IMG/VR virus record: IMGVR_UViG_3300043372_000090
Coordinates: 2,655-66,654 of that record
Length of the DNA stretch: 64,000 nt
Direction: 5' to 3' (one strand)
DNA from: a virus
Lineage: Duplodnaviria > Caudoviricetes
Of the stretch, positions 36,376 to 50,800 are shown piece after piece; the first letter of the stretch is position 1; each line of letters starts with the position of its first letter. The translations under genes were made by a program, and so were the position numbers. The notes under the pieces were generated by a model, which was not told the DNA's origin, ran no database searches, and saw only the letters and a list, made by a program, of their open reading frames with translations.

Positions 36376-37113
36376 ATGATAGATCCAATGACTGGTTCAA
36401 TGATTATGCAGGGTGTTGGGCAACTTGCTGGCGGATTATTTAAACCACGCCGTAGTAGGACGCTCGGTATGCAAGAGCAGTATGCTCGATCAAAGATGGG
36501 TTACATTCCATACTTTGACAACATGATGAAGCAGGGTCAGGCCCAGCAAAATCAATTTATGCCCATGGCACAAAAATCAGCAGCAATGGGTATTGAGGCT
36601 GCATATAAACCCCTGACGCAAACAGATGTATTTAAAGGCACAGGGGCTGCTAACGCTATACTTCAAAATCAAGGCGATGCACAGATGTCTGCTGCACAGA
36701 TGCGTGGTTCGCAGTCTGGCCTCTACGGTCCTGCACAAGCAGGATTAATGCAAGGTACGCAGAATAGTATTAATGCTGCACAAGCTGGCAACATTGCTCA
36801 GTTTGGCGCTAACTACGAGGCGAATGCTCCGCAACGATATGCTGCTGCAACTGGCATGGCTAACCAAATGGCTGGTGCTGGAACTAATATGATGCAGGGT
36901 GGCATACAAGGTGCAACAAACTTGTACTCACAAGGCATGCAAGATCAAGCTGGTATTGGCGCACAGTATCAAGCAGCTGATGACGCAGCTCGTGGCGAGC
37001 ATGCACAATTCACATCGTTCTTAACTGGTCTACCATTTCAAATGGAAAATGCACGAAACATGAGGGCGTTAGCAAATCGGACAACTAATCCGGCAGGCAC
37101 CCCCACGAGATAA
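36376..37113 (+). CDS. putative ejection (pilot) protein
   Basis: MIDPMTGS..G.G..AGGLF start; Q/A/G/M-rich; follows the nozzle gene. Confidence 0.6.
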   Translation: MIDPMTGSMIMQGVGQLAGGLFKPRRSRTLGMQEQYARSKMGYIPYFDNMMKQGQAQQNQFMPMAQKSAAMGIEAAYKPLTQTDVFKGTGAANAILQNQGDAQMSAAQMRGSQSGLYGPAQAGLMQGTQNSINAAQAGNIAQFGANYEANAPQRYAAATGMANQMAGAGTNMMQGGIQGATNLYSQGMQDQAGIGAQYQAADDAARGEHAQFTSFLTGLPFQMENARNMRALANRTTNPAGTPTR

Positions 37114-37125
37114 CAGGAAACTACT

Positions 37126-38862
37126 ATGGCATTTAATTCCTCAGCACTTACTGCTGGCATAGGATCGATGTTGCAAGGTATGCAATCATCTGCACAACAA
37201 AAACTGCAACTTGCTCAGATGGAGCGACAGCAACGCATTGAAAATGAAAATCTTGCACAGCAACGTGCAATGGAAAAGATTGCACTTGAAGGTGCTGGTG
37301 TTGATCTTACACAAAAAAAAGCGATTAACCCTCTTCAAATACGTGATTTAACTTCGCGTGTTGACCTTACAGAAAAGATGTCTCCATTTCAAATTGAGTC
37401 TGCTAAAGTTGGAGTCGAAGGTCAAAAACTAGGTAATCGTCAGCAACTGTTTCAGCTTGATGTTGCCAACCCTCTATTAGAAAGGCAACAGCGAACAGCA
37501 GCTGAGCTTGCAGAAAAGACTTTACCTTTTAACGTAAATCTTGCAAAACAGTCAGTGGAAGGAAACCAGTTCAATTTTTTAGATAAAGCAAAGGCACGAT
37601 ATCAAGGTGCTATCGCTGGAATTAAAACAGCGCAGTCTATTTTAAATAACCCACAAGCTACTGGTCCAGATAGAGCACTTGCGTTTAAAGAATATAATAC
37701 TAATGCCGCAATATTACGTGGTGCTAGTGGTGACATTAACAATATGGCAAATCTGTCATCTTTATTTGGTGATCGAGCTGCAATTACTTCTGCTGTTAGA
37801 TCGTCGTTGAATGTGCCAGCTAGTGTTACAGATGATCAATTAGATCAATATATTCAGGGAATCACACCTGATATGAAAGCACCTAGTCCTGCTGATAATC
37901 CTGAGAGGTTTCAACATATATTAAACATGGTTAGCCAGAGATTAAATCCACTAGCATTAACACCAGAATCAGGATTTGTTGACTTTGTTCCCGGAAAATT
38001 AAAAGGCGGACGCATTATTGGTGGTAATGTTCCAGCAAAATTAAATGTAACCAAGATGGCTACAAAGGCATTGCCCGGATTTTTACAAGACATGAAAGCA
38101 GCAAAAGGTCTTGGCTATGATGCAAAAACTGTGTGGAATACAATAGGGTCTTTTCCCGATAAAGATTTTGACCCAAAAACTGGTGATTTAAATATTGCAG
38201 ACCCAGATGTAAAACGACGTGCAATCTCAGCTCTAGCTACAAATTTTAAGGCAACAGAAAAACAACAAGAAGCTTTAATGAAGTTTCAAAACACTTCTGA
38301 AGACAGACTTAAACTTGATGTACAAATGGAACTTGGAAGAATGAATAAGGACCTTGGCATTAAACAAAGTGAGACTGCTTTGAAAGCTGCGTTGGCTACT
38401 ACTGCTATGCCATTAGTAAATGTTTGGACTGACGTCTACACAAAAGCATCTGGTGAACTAACGACATTGCAAGCCAAACTTACAGGAATGAAAGCATTTG
38501 ACGCAAAGGGTGCGTTACTACCAGCGTTTATTGATAAAATTGGAAAGATGAAAGATGGTGCTGATAAAGCATACGCATTAGAAACAGTAGATCGTTACAA
38601 AAAAGTACAGGGAGCATTAAACAGTGCTTTGACAACGTTTGTTAAAACTGGTGTAAGTGATGCTATTCGTGTAGCACGATCGCTTAGATCTTTTGCAAAT
38701 ATACAGATTACACCAGTCGGAGAAATACCAGAATCTGTAAAAGAAGCATTGAAAAATGAAACTGCTCCAGATCCAAATGCAAACATTGGCATAAAAGGTG
38801 GAGACAATTTAAGAATTGATCAAATCACAATGCCGGGTGGACAACAACGTCCGCTACCGTAA
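37126..38862 (+). CDS. putative ejection protein
   Basis: ALTAGIGSMLQG start and Q-rich coiled coil; middle gene of the cluster. Confidence 0.6.
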   Translation: MAFNSSALTAGIGSMLQGMQSSAQQKLQLAQMERQQRIENENLAQQRAMEKIALEGAGVDLTQKKAINPLQIRDLTSRVDLTEKMSPFQIESAKVGVEGQKLGNRQQLFQLDVANPLLERQQRTAAELAEKTLPFNVNLAKQSVEGNQFNFLDKAKARYQGAIAGIKTAQSILNNPQATGPDRALAFKEYNTNAAILRGASGDINNMANLSSLFGDRAAITSAVRSSLNVPASVTDDQLDQYIQGITPDMKAPSPADNPERFQHILNMVSQRLNPLALTPESGFVDFVPGKLKGGRIIGGNVPAKLNVTKMATKALPGFLQDMKAAKGLGYDAKTVWNTIGSFPDKDFDPKTGDLNIADPDVKRRAISALATNFKATEKQQEALMKFQNTSEDRLKLDVQMELGRMNKDLGIKQSETALKAALATTAMPLVNVWTDVYTKASGELTTLQAKLTGMKAFDAKGALLPAFIDKIGKMKDGADKAYALETVDRYKKVQGALNSALTTFVKTGVSDAIRVARSLRSFANIQITPVGEIPESVKEALKNETAPDPNANIGIKGGDNLRIDQITMPGGQQRPLP

Positions 38863-38881
38863 AATGTAATAGGAGTAACTT

Positions 38882-41800
38882 ATGCCTCAAACAAACCAAA
38901 ACCGTAATCGCAGCCTTAGTGATTCGTATTGGCGCAAAAGATATGCGGACGCTGGCGTTGTAAAAAAACCGGGTGGTGGTGTAACAGTTACAAGACCTAG
39001 CTTACGAATTGGTTATGATAACAATCAGGAAAAAACAGATTGGTTAAAAAACAACTACGAACCTATTGCAAAGGCTATTGAATCTGGTGACTCACGCGTT
39101 ATCAGTAGTCAAGTTACGGATGTGGCTCGTTATGGATTACAGCAAGGCTTATTAACTCAAAAACAGGCTAGTTATATTTTTGACAATGTGACTAAATTCC
39201 GCAAGGCATTATCTGCACCAGTCACTATGGGTGGTAAGCCTGTTCCATTTACACGCCTTGGACAAACTGGTGCTCCCGGTAATGTTGGTGAAGTTCAAGA
39301 CACTCTTAAACATTCAGATTTAATTCGTTACAACAGCGATGGGTCATGGCAATATGACCCTTTTAATCCTAATCAAACAATTCGTGCTAATGCTTCACGG
39401 CAAAAACAAATGATTGCTGATGCACCAAAAGGTGCTTCTACAGATTTAGCTGCAGTAGGACTTGGAATATTTGCAGCAAAACCTTTACGTGTAGCAAAAG
39501 ACTTTGGCTACAATCCCACCTTTGATGAAAACACATTTTTTGGACGAGTGGGTAAAGCTGCTGAAGGTATTGAAGCTGGTGTTGAAACAGCACTTCCTAA
39601 TCTTATGTCCGGTATTAGTAACCGCACTAGATATGGAATGTCTAGATTGTATGGACGTACACCAGAAGAAGCTGAAGCAGACGCAGCAGCATTAACTAGT
39701 GAAACACCTTGGTATCAATTTTCAAATCAAGTACTTGAGCCAGCACAGACAAGTCCAAACTTCCAGATTGGTTCTGTTCTTGGCCAAGAGGCCGTTACTG
39801 CAATACCTGCTTTGTACACTAGCCTTGGTTTACTTAATGCATCTGCCTCACTTGGTGGACGCATGCTTGCTCCGCTTGGCACACAGGCTTCTAACGTAGG
39901 ACGATATGGAGGTATTGCTGCAGCCGTTGCAGCACCACCAACTATTACTGCGTTTCGCGATCAACTGACAGGTGGTAAGTCTGGAGTTTCAGAAGACGTT
40001 GTTTCTGGTATTGAAACCATCATGGATCCTATTCGATCTATGCAACAACGTGGTGTTACTGAATCTCAATCTATCGGACAACAAGAGTTTGATCCTAATA
40101 ATGTTTACGGTCAGGCTGCACAAAAAGCTGCGTTGATTGGACTCGCTAGTGGTGGCGCCAAGGAAATGTGGCGTGATGTCAAAGACAATGCATCAAAGGG
40201 TATGTGGGCTTTCCGTGGTTCTTTAAAAGAGACTGGTAATCCTTTTGTTGCTGCTAAAAGTGGTATTGCTGCGTCAGTTGAAACCGAACTTGGCAAAGCA
40301 GCTGCAGCTGACTTAGGATTTGCGTTAACTCAACCACTTGGTGATATTGGTAGATTAGTATATTCACAAACACGCCTTGATAAAACAAAACCATATCAAA
40401 CACCAAAACCTGAAGAGTTACTTGTTGATACATTAATGGGACTTGTTGCAAGTCGGCCCGGTAAAAATGCCCAGTGGATATTCCGTGGTAATCCATTAGA
40501 GCGACTTGAACCAAAGACAATGGCACTGGCATCGGCTGCTGACATAGTCAACGCTAAAACTCCTGAGATAACAAACTTACGTAAACGATTTGAGCAGTTA
40601 CGTGGGCCTGATGTAAAGCCGAATGAAGCAGACCTCAGACGTGTTGCAAGTGCAATTGCAAAAGAGAATCAATCTAATTTAGATGTCTTGTCTAGAATGG
40701 AAACATTACCTGATGGTGTTACCGTGCATCGGACAACAGATGAACACGTTAAAGCATATGTAGACGAGCCAGATACTATTGGTGCTGATGTTCGATCTCG
40801 CTACGATAATTTACTTGAGAATGTACGAGCTGATAATGAGCGCATTGATATTGATGATGATAATCCATTAAACAAAATTGAAATGCTGGACAATTATAAA
40901 AATGACCTATTCTCAAGGCGCCGACGCATTAATGAATTAGCTAAGGCAATGTTGCCTGAATACAAAAAAATGTTTGACGCGATGAAATCTGGCAAACAAC
41001 CCGTTAAGACTGATGCCAACTTCTATGGAATAGATCGTGGTGATGGCACCATGTTGGTATATAACCGTGATTTTACATCGCAAAAAATTATTCCAACTGG
41101 CGAATACAGCGACATTGAAATGTTGCGTCCTAATAGGCAGCCACGTTCTGAAACTGTAGATCTGACACCTGAACGTCGTGAACTTCATCGTTCAATTGTT
41201 GGAATGCGTGAAAACAGCGTAACTATTAATGGCATTGATATGGTTCCGTTTGGTTTTTCAAAAGATGGAATCATACTTAAAGATGGCGCTAGTAATCTTG
41301 TACGTTATACATACGACATGCTTATAGAAGAAGCTCGTAAAGCTGGTGCTGCAGGTAAATCTGAATTAGAAAACGAATTAAACAACCTTGCCGAAAACGC
41401 TAAAAGAATAAGAGACAGTGAATCACTACAAGATCAACGAAGAACTAATTCTAGAACAGTAAGTGACGGACGTTTTTCGATTGATCTTCCAGATGTCAAT
41501 GATGATATACAGGCTCGTGTTATTGATAAAGTTAACGGATTTGCAATCTTGCAGTCATCTGCTGGTGATTACTTTATTGTTCCTGCAGATCAAGTATCCA
41601 GTGTAAATGTTGAGAAGGAAATTTTAAATCCACTTGACTCTGATTATGATAATACAAATGGAAGATTAGTAATACATTTACCAGACATGGATACTGGTGA
41701 AACATATCCATTTGAAATTCGGTTATCACCAGATCAAGTAGAAGTTCTTTCTCGTGAAGGTGTACCACCAGATGCACGTGCGTTTTTGCAAGAAGCATTA

Positions 41801-44800
41801 TTAACTGCAAACGCATTTACTCGTGACATTGGAGATATTGTTACTATAGATACGGTTAATCCGTGGCGTGGAGAATCTTCATCTAGTAAATATGTAATTG
41901 TAAGTAAGTCTTCTGATCATGGAATCGCTATTCCAATTGATAATCCTGCTGGTACTGCAGTGATGTTATTTGATCATCCTGAATTAAAAGTTCAGAGGGC
42001 AAACACTGAATTTCTACTGAACGAATTAAATCAATCACGGCGCATTTCTGGTTTTGATCCAGCAACAGTGCGACCTACTGATGATCCAGTTGGAAACATT
42101 TTTAAATATGCGTTCTGGTTGTCTGCTAAAAACACAGGTGATACGCAACCTGTGCGATTAATTCCAGCCATTATGGACGCTACGGCTGTTGAATTACCTA
42201 CCGTTTTACATCAACACATTCTTGATAATCTTGATGACACAGGCGTTATACAAAATGTAGTTGGCAGTATGCGTGAATGGTTGACCAAGAATCCTGAATC
42301 AGCTGGTGATTTTGAATTTATAGTTAACCGTGCACTGTCTACAGAGCTTACTAAATCGTCTGAAGATATGAGTGTAATGGCTATTGGTCATCTATCTTCT
42401 ATTGCACATAACGCTGACCTCAATGATCTTGTAGATATTTTAATTGGTGGTTATGATTCAGATCGCCCTGTTGGTGGTGAAACATTCTTTAGTTCTAGCC
42501 CTAGACGCATTGGACGTGCTCAGGGTGAATTTCAGATTATGTTGTCTGCCGTAAACATGATTAACACTTTTATACGTAGGAAAGGACGTATGAGTGAGGA
42601 TCGTTTGAACAACATGATTGCAAACTTCCTTGGAAAACATCCAGCATTTGAAGGCAATCTAGAAAACACTGTTACTACAATCAAACGTCTATTACAGTTA
42701 TCTAGTTCAATAAACCATTTAGCCTATGGTGTTATTAGTGAAAAAGGCGCCATCTGGATGATGGAAAAGTTATCTGTATTACCACATGAAGTACAGGTGC
42801 TATCAGCATTACTTCCATTTGAAGGTATGTCTGATGCTTACATTGCTGATTTTGGTAATTGGCATACTTCTAAAACTGCATATGATTCATCTGTTTCCCG
42901 TGCCAGAGAATTATATGCTGAGGCTGCAACTCGTGGTGAAGCAGGTATTGAAGACTTACGCAACTCAATGTACGACGCTCGTTTAGGATATTTCTTTGAA
43001 GTGGCTGCTGGTGGTAACGAAATTATTAGCCGTCGCGCCAATGTGAACATTACGGATGCTACTGCTGTTGATGTTATTCGCGCTAATGCTCAACGTGCTA
43101 ACAATGCAGTTGGAGAAATGATTAAGCGTGTTGCTACTGCTAAACTTGCAGTTTTGACTAAGCGATTACAGGACAATCAAAGTTCACCTGATTCATCTGT
43201 TCCTGTACGACTTGATGAAATTGCAACATCAGCTATGCTCGCAGCTCCAGATGGTGTTCTCCATCCAGAGCAAATGTATGATCAACAAGGTATTGCTGCA
43301 GCTTTAGACAATCTACCCGCTATGATTGAGCTTGTAGGTAACGTTCGTACCTATATGGATGACGTTTCTACAAGCTCAGTTCTACCCGGTGTGACTGTTA
43401 ATTCAGTTGAAGATGCTTTGGTTGGTGCTCATCAATTACAGACAGCACAATTAGCACATGAGGAAAGACAACAGTTAAATGCTGCATTAGATGCCTTTGC
43501 TGCTTTACCAGAAAAAGCACGTGACATAGTAGCTGGACTTTCATCTCCGTTGCTTTGGTTTGTGGATGTAGTAAAGGCTGTAGAAAAATCTGGTGACAAC
43601 AATATACGTGAGTCATTGATTTTTGCTTTAGTAAATGCACAAGGTACTGATGGAAGCTCTTTAATACCTTTTACTCTGAACAAATTATTTAGGTCACAAG
43701 AAGATTTTAATAAGTTCAATGATCACGCAACTGTACTTGCAAGTAAATTAAACAGTGGAGACCCACAGCGGTTAACTTCAATTCGCGGCGCTATGGATCA
43801 ACTATTACAGTTAGTTGACACAATGGTTTCTAAAAACGCAGATCCACTTGAACCTGATGTTTCATTGCTTGATGATGCAATAAATTACTACAGTTCACAG
43901 CAAATACAACCAGCGTACATAAAGACGTTTATTGAATTTGCATCAAAAGAATTAATTACATCGTTAATTAAAAACGCAACACGTGTATCTCCGGATGCAG
44001 CAGCTGACGTACTTGGTAGCATTAACAATTACGTAGCTTCCAATAGAGAACGTATACGTCGAGCTGGTGTATTTATTGGTGAGCGTTCTTCTATTGCAGA
44101 GGCAATGCAAATTGTAGAGACTGCATCTACTGACGGACTTAAATATCTCGGCGTAACTTTTGATGGATCACGACGTAGGTTGATTCAGGACTCCGTCCAA
44201 TCATTAATCAACAACATGAATGCACGTCGCATCGAAGGCAGTTCTATAAAGCAAGCTGAGATGCTGCTCCAAGATGCCAAGACCATGGCTGCTGAGATTG
44301 CTGACTTTGTTTTAGGTGATAAGGGATTAGAAATTGGACAAGACCCTGCAGTTGCTTATACACCTGCTGTCGAAGTTCAATCAGCAAGTCTTATTGATGC
44401 ATTAAAACAAGGTATGCAGTTTGTTCGCACTGGAGAATCACCACAAACACAACCATTACTTATGGCTGGTAACCGTGCTGGCCTTGAAAAGATTATCCTA
44501 ACAACATTATTAGATGCGGCAAGTAAAGCCGAGTTAGATTACGCTGACGTTGACAAAGCATTAATGGAAGCGGTAGTCGGACCAGATGTAGCCCGACGTT
44601 ATTTTGAGCGTGTAAAACAAGAGGACTACGTAAAACGCAAAGTTGTATTTGAAAAAGATCCTGTTATGCGAGCTGCTATTATTCCGGGTATTGATGGTCA
44701 GTACACACTGCCTAGTGGTACAGCAAAAACAGAACTTGTAGAAGGTCAAGCTTTATTTAATAACTACGTCACAAAGATGTTGAATTTAATCAAGCCTCGC

Positions 44801-47800
44801 GACAAACAGAAGTTTATGGATGCATTGTCTAACTACGTAGACACAAAACGCACTGAGAGTGGAGATCAGCAATTTGTGTTTACTATGTCTGACCTTATGG
44901 CAATTGCAGAAGGCTTCAATGAAACACGTGGTGTTTTATTTAGGTCATCTGGAGATGCGTCAGAGTTCTCTTTTGGTGTAACAAATAAAGATAGCCACAA
45001 TGCTGCGTACAAAGTTAAGTCTCGTATTGCATCTATTGTTAGAGATGTTACTCAGCCATCTACTCAAAATAGATTTAGTCTTTCTGATCAATTTACAAAC
45101 CTTGGTGACACTGCAAGTTTTGTAGATAATTTTGAAGCGGTTGACATCTATCAACAGTTACCAGATGATTCTGTAACTATGAATGATGCAGAGGCACTAA
45201 CAACTCTGTATACACAGATGTCAAAAGATGCATCTTACACTGATAGCCAACAACAACAGTTTTCATCGTTAGCAAAAAACTATCGCGCAATGTCCCGTCG
45301 CAAAGATGATTCACCGACGAAGATTATTAATCGATATGCTGATGCGCGAGTTGTTGCAAGTAACCTAGCAAAAGTTTATGACACATACGCTGCTCGTATG
45401 TCTACTAAGAAAATTAGTACAGACTTAGAGTACAACTATGACATTGATGAGTACAAAGCACTAGCATCATTGCTAGGTGTGGACATGCTTACAATGTCTA
45501 AGGTTTTAGAATCGACAAATGTAAAACAAATTTTTACTGAAGAGATTCTTGACCGAGATCAACAAAGGCAACTTGTTGCTTTACGAGCAGCTCAACTTAA
45601 GCAAGACTTCTATAATCAACACCACAAATTATTTTTTGCACATGAATCTATGATGTCAGAGATGGGATACAGCCGTGTCCAATCTGGCAATGATGTCAAT
45701 GGATTTATAACACGCACTAAAATTGCTAATGCTGCATCATCAATTTTATTTATGGCAGCTTCAAAGAATTTTGGTAAAAGCGCATTAACAATGGCGCACG
45801 AGGTAAGTCATCACCTTTACTTTGCATTACCAGATACACAACAACTTAAATGGTTAAAGGCTGTTATGCCACCACTTGGTCGCAAGAAAGATGAAAGCGT
45901 TACACCTGAAGAAGAGCTGGTAAATGCTTTTATAAACAAGCAGACTAAACGACTGAATGAGTTCTCACGATTAGATGATGAGAACAACTTTAGAATGCAG
46001 AGTATAGAGGACTTTGCTGCAGCAGAAGGTGGCTTTAACGAACAACAAATTTATAACGCAAAGATGATTATTGGAGAAACAACCGCTACAAGTATGATGA
46101 ACTTTATACTTCAGAGTGGTGTGGTTCACAATCCAAATGATCGATTATCTGTTGCTGAAGACTTGACTAGTTCACTCATTAACTTACAACGTGTCCTTGC
46201 ACCTATTGCAAAGACATTGAGTAGTGAATACGGACCGTATGCAATGGTTGGTGGTAAACCCACAAACGTATTCTATTATTCTCCATCAGCTGTTTTAGTT
46301 AAAACCCCTAGCGTTATGGGTGTGAATCGACAGTTCTACCCTCTTAAGCATGGATCTTTTGTACATTTCATAAATGATGTCGGTAAGAAGTTTTCTACTG
46401 CCACGAATGTTATTGACATCCATGACGTGATTATGTCAAACAAGAATTTAATTAGTGATGGTGGACGAGATGCGTTAGTTAAGGTTCTCGACAACGTAAT
46501 TAAGGACAGGGATGTCGTTAATGAAATCGCGGACAAGTTAGTTACTCTTAGTAAAATGAGAGACCCGTCTGGTAATAAATTTGAATACGGAAAACAGTAC
46601 CGACTTAGCTTAAGTGGAAACGAAAAGTTTATAAAACAAGATAAAAATACAGCAGATGAGCAAGGTTACCCTGTTACTGGTCAAGTTGTTGGCATAGCTC
46701 GTGAACGTGTAACTGCTGGTTTAAGCGTTGATCCCTTTAAAGTCAATGGTAAAGATTGGTTTGTAAGTAGTCGCAAAAAGAGCGACGGTACACAGTGGTA
46801 TGGATTAGGCATAGTCGATATGGCAAACGGCATACGGCGTATGGTGCAAAGTCAAACACGCGGTGACTATGGTTATGTTGTTGAAAGTACTGCACAAATT
46901 CGTTTGCATACACTGTATGAAGGCAAGGATGTTGACCTTGGTGTAAACAAGATAGCCAAATTAGATGTTCCAATCAGATACATCGTTGGTCACAACTACA
47001 TAGATGGAAGTCGAAACTTCCATATGGTTGGTTCTGGAGATGGTGGTAATCCATCATTTATGTCTGTTCTATACAACATGCTTGCAAAGATTGACCAGAA
47101 TGTACTAAACATTGCTGGCCAAAGAACTTACGAGTATGAGCTGCGTGTCAATGATGCTCTTGCTGAAGCAATGCGTACAGGAGACTACACTAAGTGGGAC
47201 AAAGTTGTTTCTGCTCCGTTAGCGATGTCGCTAGATAAAGATATTGCAAACATAGTAGCAAGAACACCAGTTGCAGACATCCGTGCTGTACAGCAAACAG
47301 GTACGCACCCATGGTTACGGAATCAAAGTCACTCACGTAATCTGTATCGATGGGCACGAAACATTAAGGATGATGGCCGTAGGTCTACAGCATTAGGTTT
47401 AATAGATCGGATTACTGAAGCACATGCCTATACAGTAGGTAACTCTATGGCTGGAGACAGCAGGTTATCATTTACCGAACGACTTGGAAATGTAATCCGT
47501 GCTGGTAAAGGATGGTATTCATTCGTTCCATTTAGTGCTGATAAGCTTGCTAAGAATGGTATTGCTCCGATAGCAAATGCTGTGTTTGAACAATCATTCA
47601 GGTCTTATGAAGATTTAGAAAAGTTCTATAACGAACTGGTTAATGCAAGAGCAGAACTATTTTCTGACCCAACGGCTACAAGTCTTATCAGTGTTATGAA
47701 TAAAACTACTGCACTTGTTCCTGTTGGTGAAGCAGGTGCTGTAAATCCACGTTCATTTTTAATTAACGTTGATGGTGTTACTGTTGACGCCAGTGTTTAT

Positions 47801-50800
47801 TTTGATCAAGTTTTTGGTCTACATGTTGAAGATTTTAATCAGGCATGGAGTGGATTCTATAGTCAATGGATTGGCACACAACTTAGTGGATGGGTTGGTG
47901 AAAACAGTGGACTTGTTGAAGGCACCACTAGAAGCTTAAGTCAACGACTTGCTGAATTACACCAAGATTTACGTGGTGGATCATCTGAACCGGGGTTAGT
48001 ACCAGTGGGTGGTCTTCCACCTGTTGGTGAAAATGCTTACAACCGTTCAGGTCTTAGTAAAACATTTGTAAAGGGCGGTAAAGAAATTTCTGTTGACACT
48101 GTTCTTAGACAAATGGCAAACCGTTACAATACGCCAGAACAGTTTGAACAAGCGATTCGCTACTATGCAAACCAGAGTGATATTAAGTTACAGTTTAGTG
48201 CTCAAACTGGACTGAAGGTTGTACCTCATGCAGTGTTAGATCACGTAGCGTCTAAGATATTTACTAACGAAGCAGAGATGGTTAGATTTATGTCTGCTCT
48301 TGTTGGTGATATAGGAGATGGTGTAACTCAACCAGATGTTGTACGTGCTCGCAACTTATTCAACACAGTTGAACATATGGTTCGCACTGACGCTAAGGTA
48401 CGCAACGCTGCATTACGTAACTGGAAAAGTTACGAGTTAGTATCAACAGACGCAGACAAGTCAGAGGTAATTATTAGATCCCCGGACAGGGATATTGCAG
48501 CTGACGAGGTTGGAGCTTCCAAATCTGGTGCATTGTACAGAGTTAATATGCAGACTGGTAAAACACATCTTGTTGCCAAGTCACGAAGATTTGATTCACA
48601 AAGCAATAAATGGGTTGAGTCATATGAAAATATTCAGGATGTAGATGACTTCCTTAAATACAACTGGACTCGTAAACCGAACGACACACCTCGCAAAGAC
48701 CCATATGCATTTGATAAGAAACCAAATGCGACAAGTATAAATGCAAAGCAACTATTTGGATTTGATGGAGTAGAAAAGGTTAATGATGCTCTTGTTGCAT
48801 TAGCAGGTGAACGAGCTGCTAGTTATGGATATTTATCAGGTGAACCTATTTACTTTATGCTGCCGATATCTGTAGCTGAAATATCGGAGTTGAGTACACC
48901 AATATTTGATCCTGATGTACCAACCCCAAACACGGGTATGCATATTATCAAGGGTGAGTATGACAGCAAGGAGGCTAAGTGGTCATTTGTAGATACAAGT
49001 GACAACTGGCAGAATGCAGACAACTATCGTACTCAGATGCCTATTGGTCTTATGGATATGGTTTTGAATCCATTTGAACGTTCAAGTGCAATGACGGTAG
49101 TTGAAGAGAAACGACAAGGCGTTATCAACAATCGGATGCTACAAGAGGAATATCATGTTGCTAAGTTGCTAATGGCACAGGATAGAAATAGTGATAATCC
49201 AAAGCATGCTGAGTTTAATAAGGTTGGACAAAAAATGTTGTTCAACAATGAATCTGACTTAATGCAGGATGCAAGTACTGGTACGTGGTTCTCAAGTAGT
49301 CCTCGTTACTTTGATGGGCAACCAGACAACATACCAGAATTACGCAAGCAGACAGCATTACACATCAATGACTCAGAAGACCCATATGTTGAATCATCTA
49401 AAGGTGTATTAGATGATCTTGCTGTAGATGCGAAAGAACGAGCGTATCGCGTACCTGAAACAATCACCTATCACAGAGACCCTAAAACTAAGGGCGGCAT
49501 GCTTCAGTCTGGAGGCAAAGATAATGTTGTATTACAAGTATCAAGTGACATTTATGACAAGTTAGTTTTAGACCCATTAAAGGGTACTCCATATGAGACT
49601 ACTGTTAAAGATGGTCAAGCAATTACCCTTGATGGTAAAGATAGTGACGTTTATTTCTCGATGTCACCAAAGGTAACTGAGGCAGCACACAACGTAAATA
49701 AGTATGTGCTAAGTCCAATGCAACAAATATTTAGGGGTGTATTAGGGCTGGACTTATCATCCTTTGCAATTCAGCTTGGATCATTATTAGCACGTGCTCC
49801 TTATCAAACCTTTAAGGCTCTTGCTTTATCTGCTCCATCTCTTGTTACTTTCTCTAGTGCTGATATAGGTTTAGTGCTTGGAAGTCTGTGGCATGGTGCT
49901 CGTCATCAAAGGAGATTGGCTGGCGGTAATCAATGGACTGACAGTGCTATGAATTTAGATTCTCGTTACTACGAATTCATTATGAACCACACTGTTGACA
50001 GATTTAACGCTGTACACAACATGGGTACACCAATTAGTATGTCTGAATTGATTGACACGTATTACATGCAGAGTAGTTACTCTGACTGGTACAAGAGGTC
50101 AAAAGCAAACATGCTTGCTACTCCGGGACGATACAAGACAATTATAGATACACCATGGGAAAGTGAACGTGAAAACGTTTTTACAGCTGGTGTTCTTGGT
50201 GCAACAGTACCGTTGTGGCGCCGTGCTGAAATGACTCGTCAGTTAATTCTTGATTTATCTATGTTGCAGCAAGCCTTGTTTACAGTTAAAAGAGCACGAG
50301 AACGACAATTAGATCCTAATAACAAAGATATACAAGACTACGAAATTGACAGAGATATCAAGGCTCGCATGTCTTTGGTAGCTAAGGAAATTGGAATTGG
50401 TTCACATGCTAAAAGTAAAACACAAGCGCCTATTTGGAGAGGTCTTTCAAGTGTAGTTAATTACTTTATGACAGCACCGTCGTACACTAGAAACTTCAAT
50501 CAGTACTATGGATTTAGTGGACCGGGAGTTGCTGCCAAAAAGTCTATTAATGAATGGGCTAGAGTTGCTACAGACAAAGGACCTTGGTGGTTAAAAGGTG
50601 AGGTCTTTGATATTGAGAGTGACTTACGTATGGAGCAATACGGTACAGATTGGGCAAATAGACAAAGACGTGGAGATATCACTAAAACGCTTGTTACATG
50701 GGCTTTTCTTGGAGCATTAAACGCAACCGTAAACTTCTTACGTCATCAGAAAGAACGCCCAGACGAGGAAGAAGATAAGACTGGTTGGTTGGATATTATG

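Noticed and set aside
40847-40861. DIDDD in the 4260-aa protein as a DxDxD polymerase motif
   Set aside because: It sits in an acidic low-complexity patch without the G.DFD.D context, and T7/N4-type motifs were not seen either.
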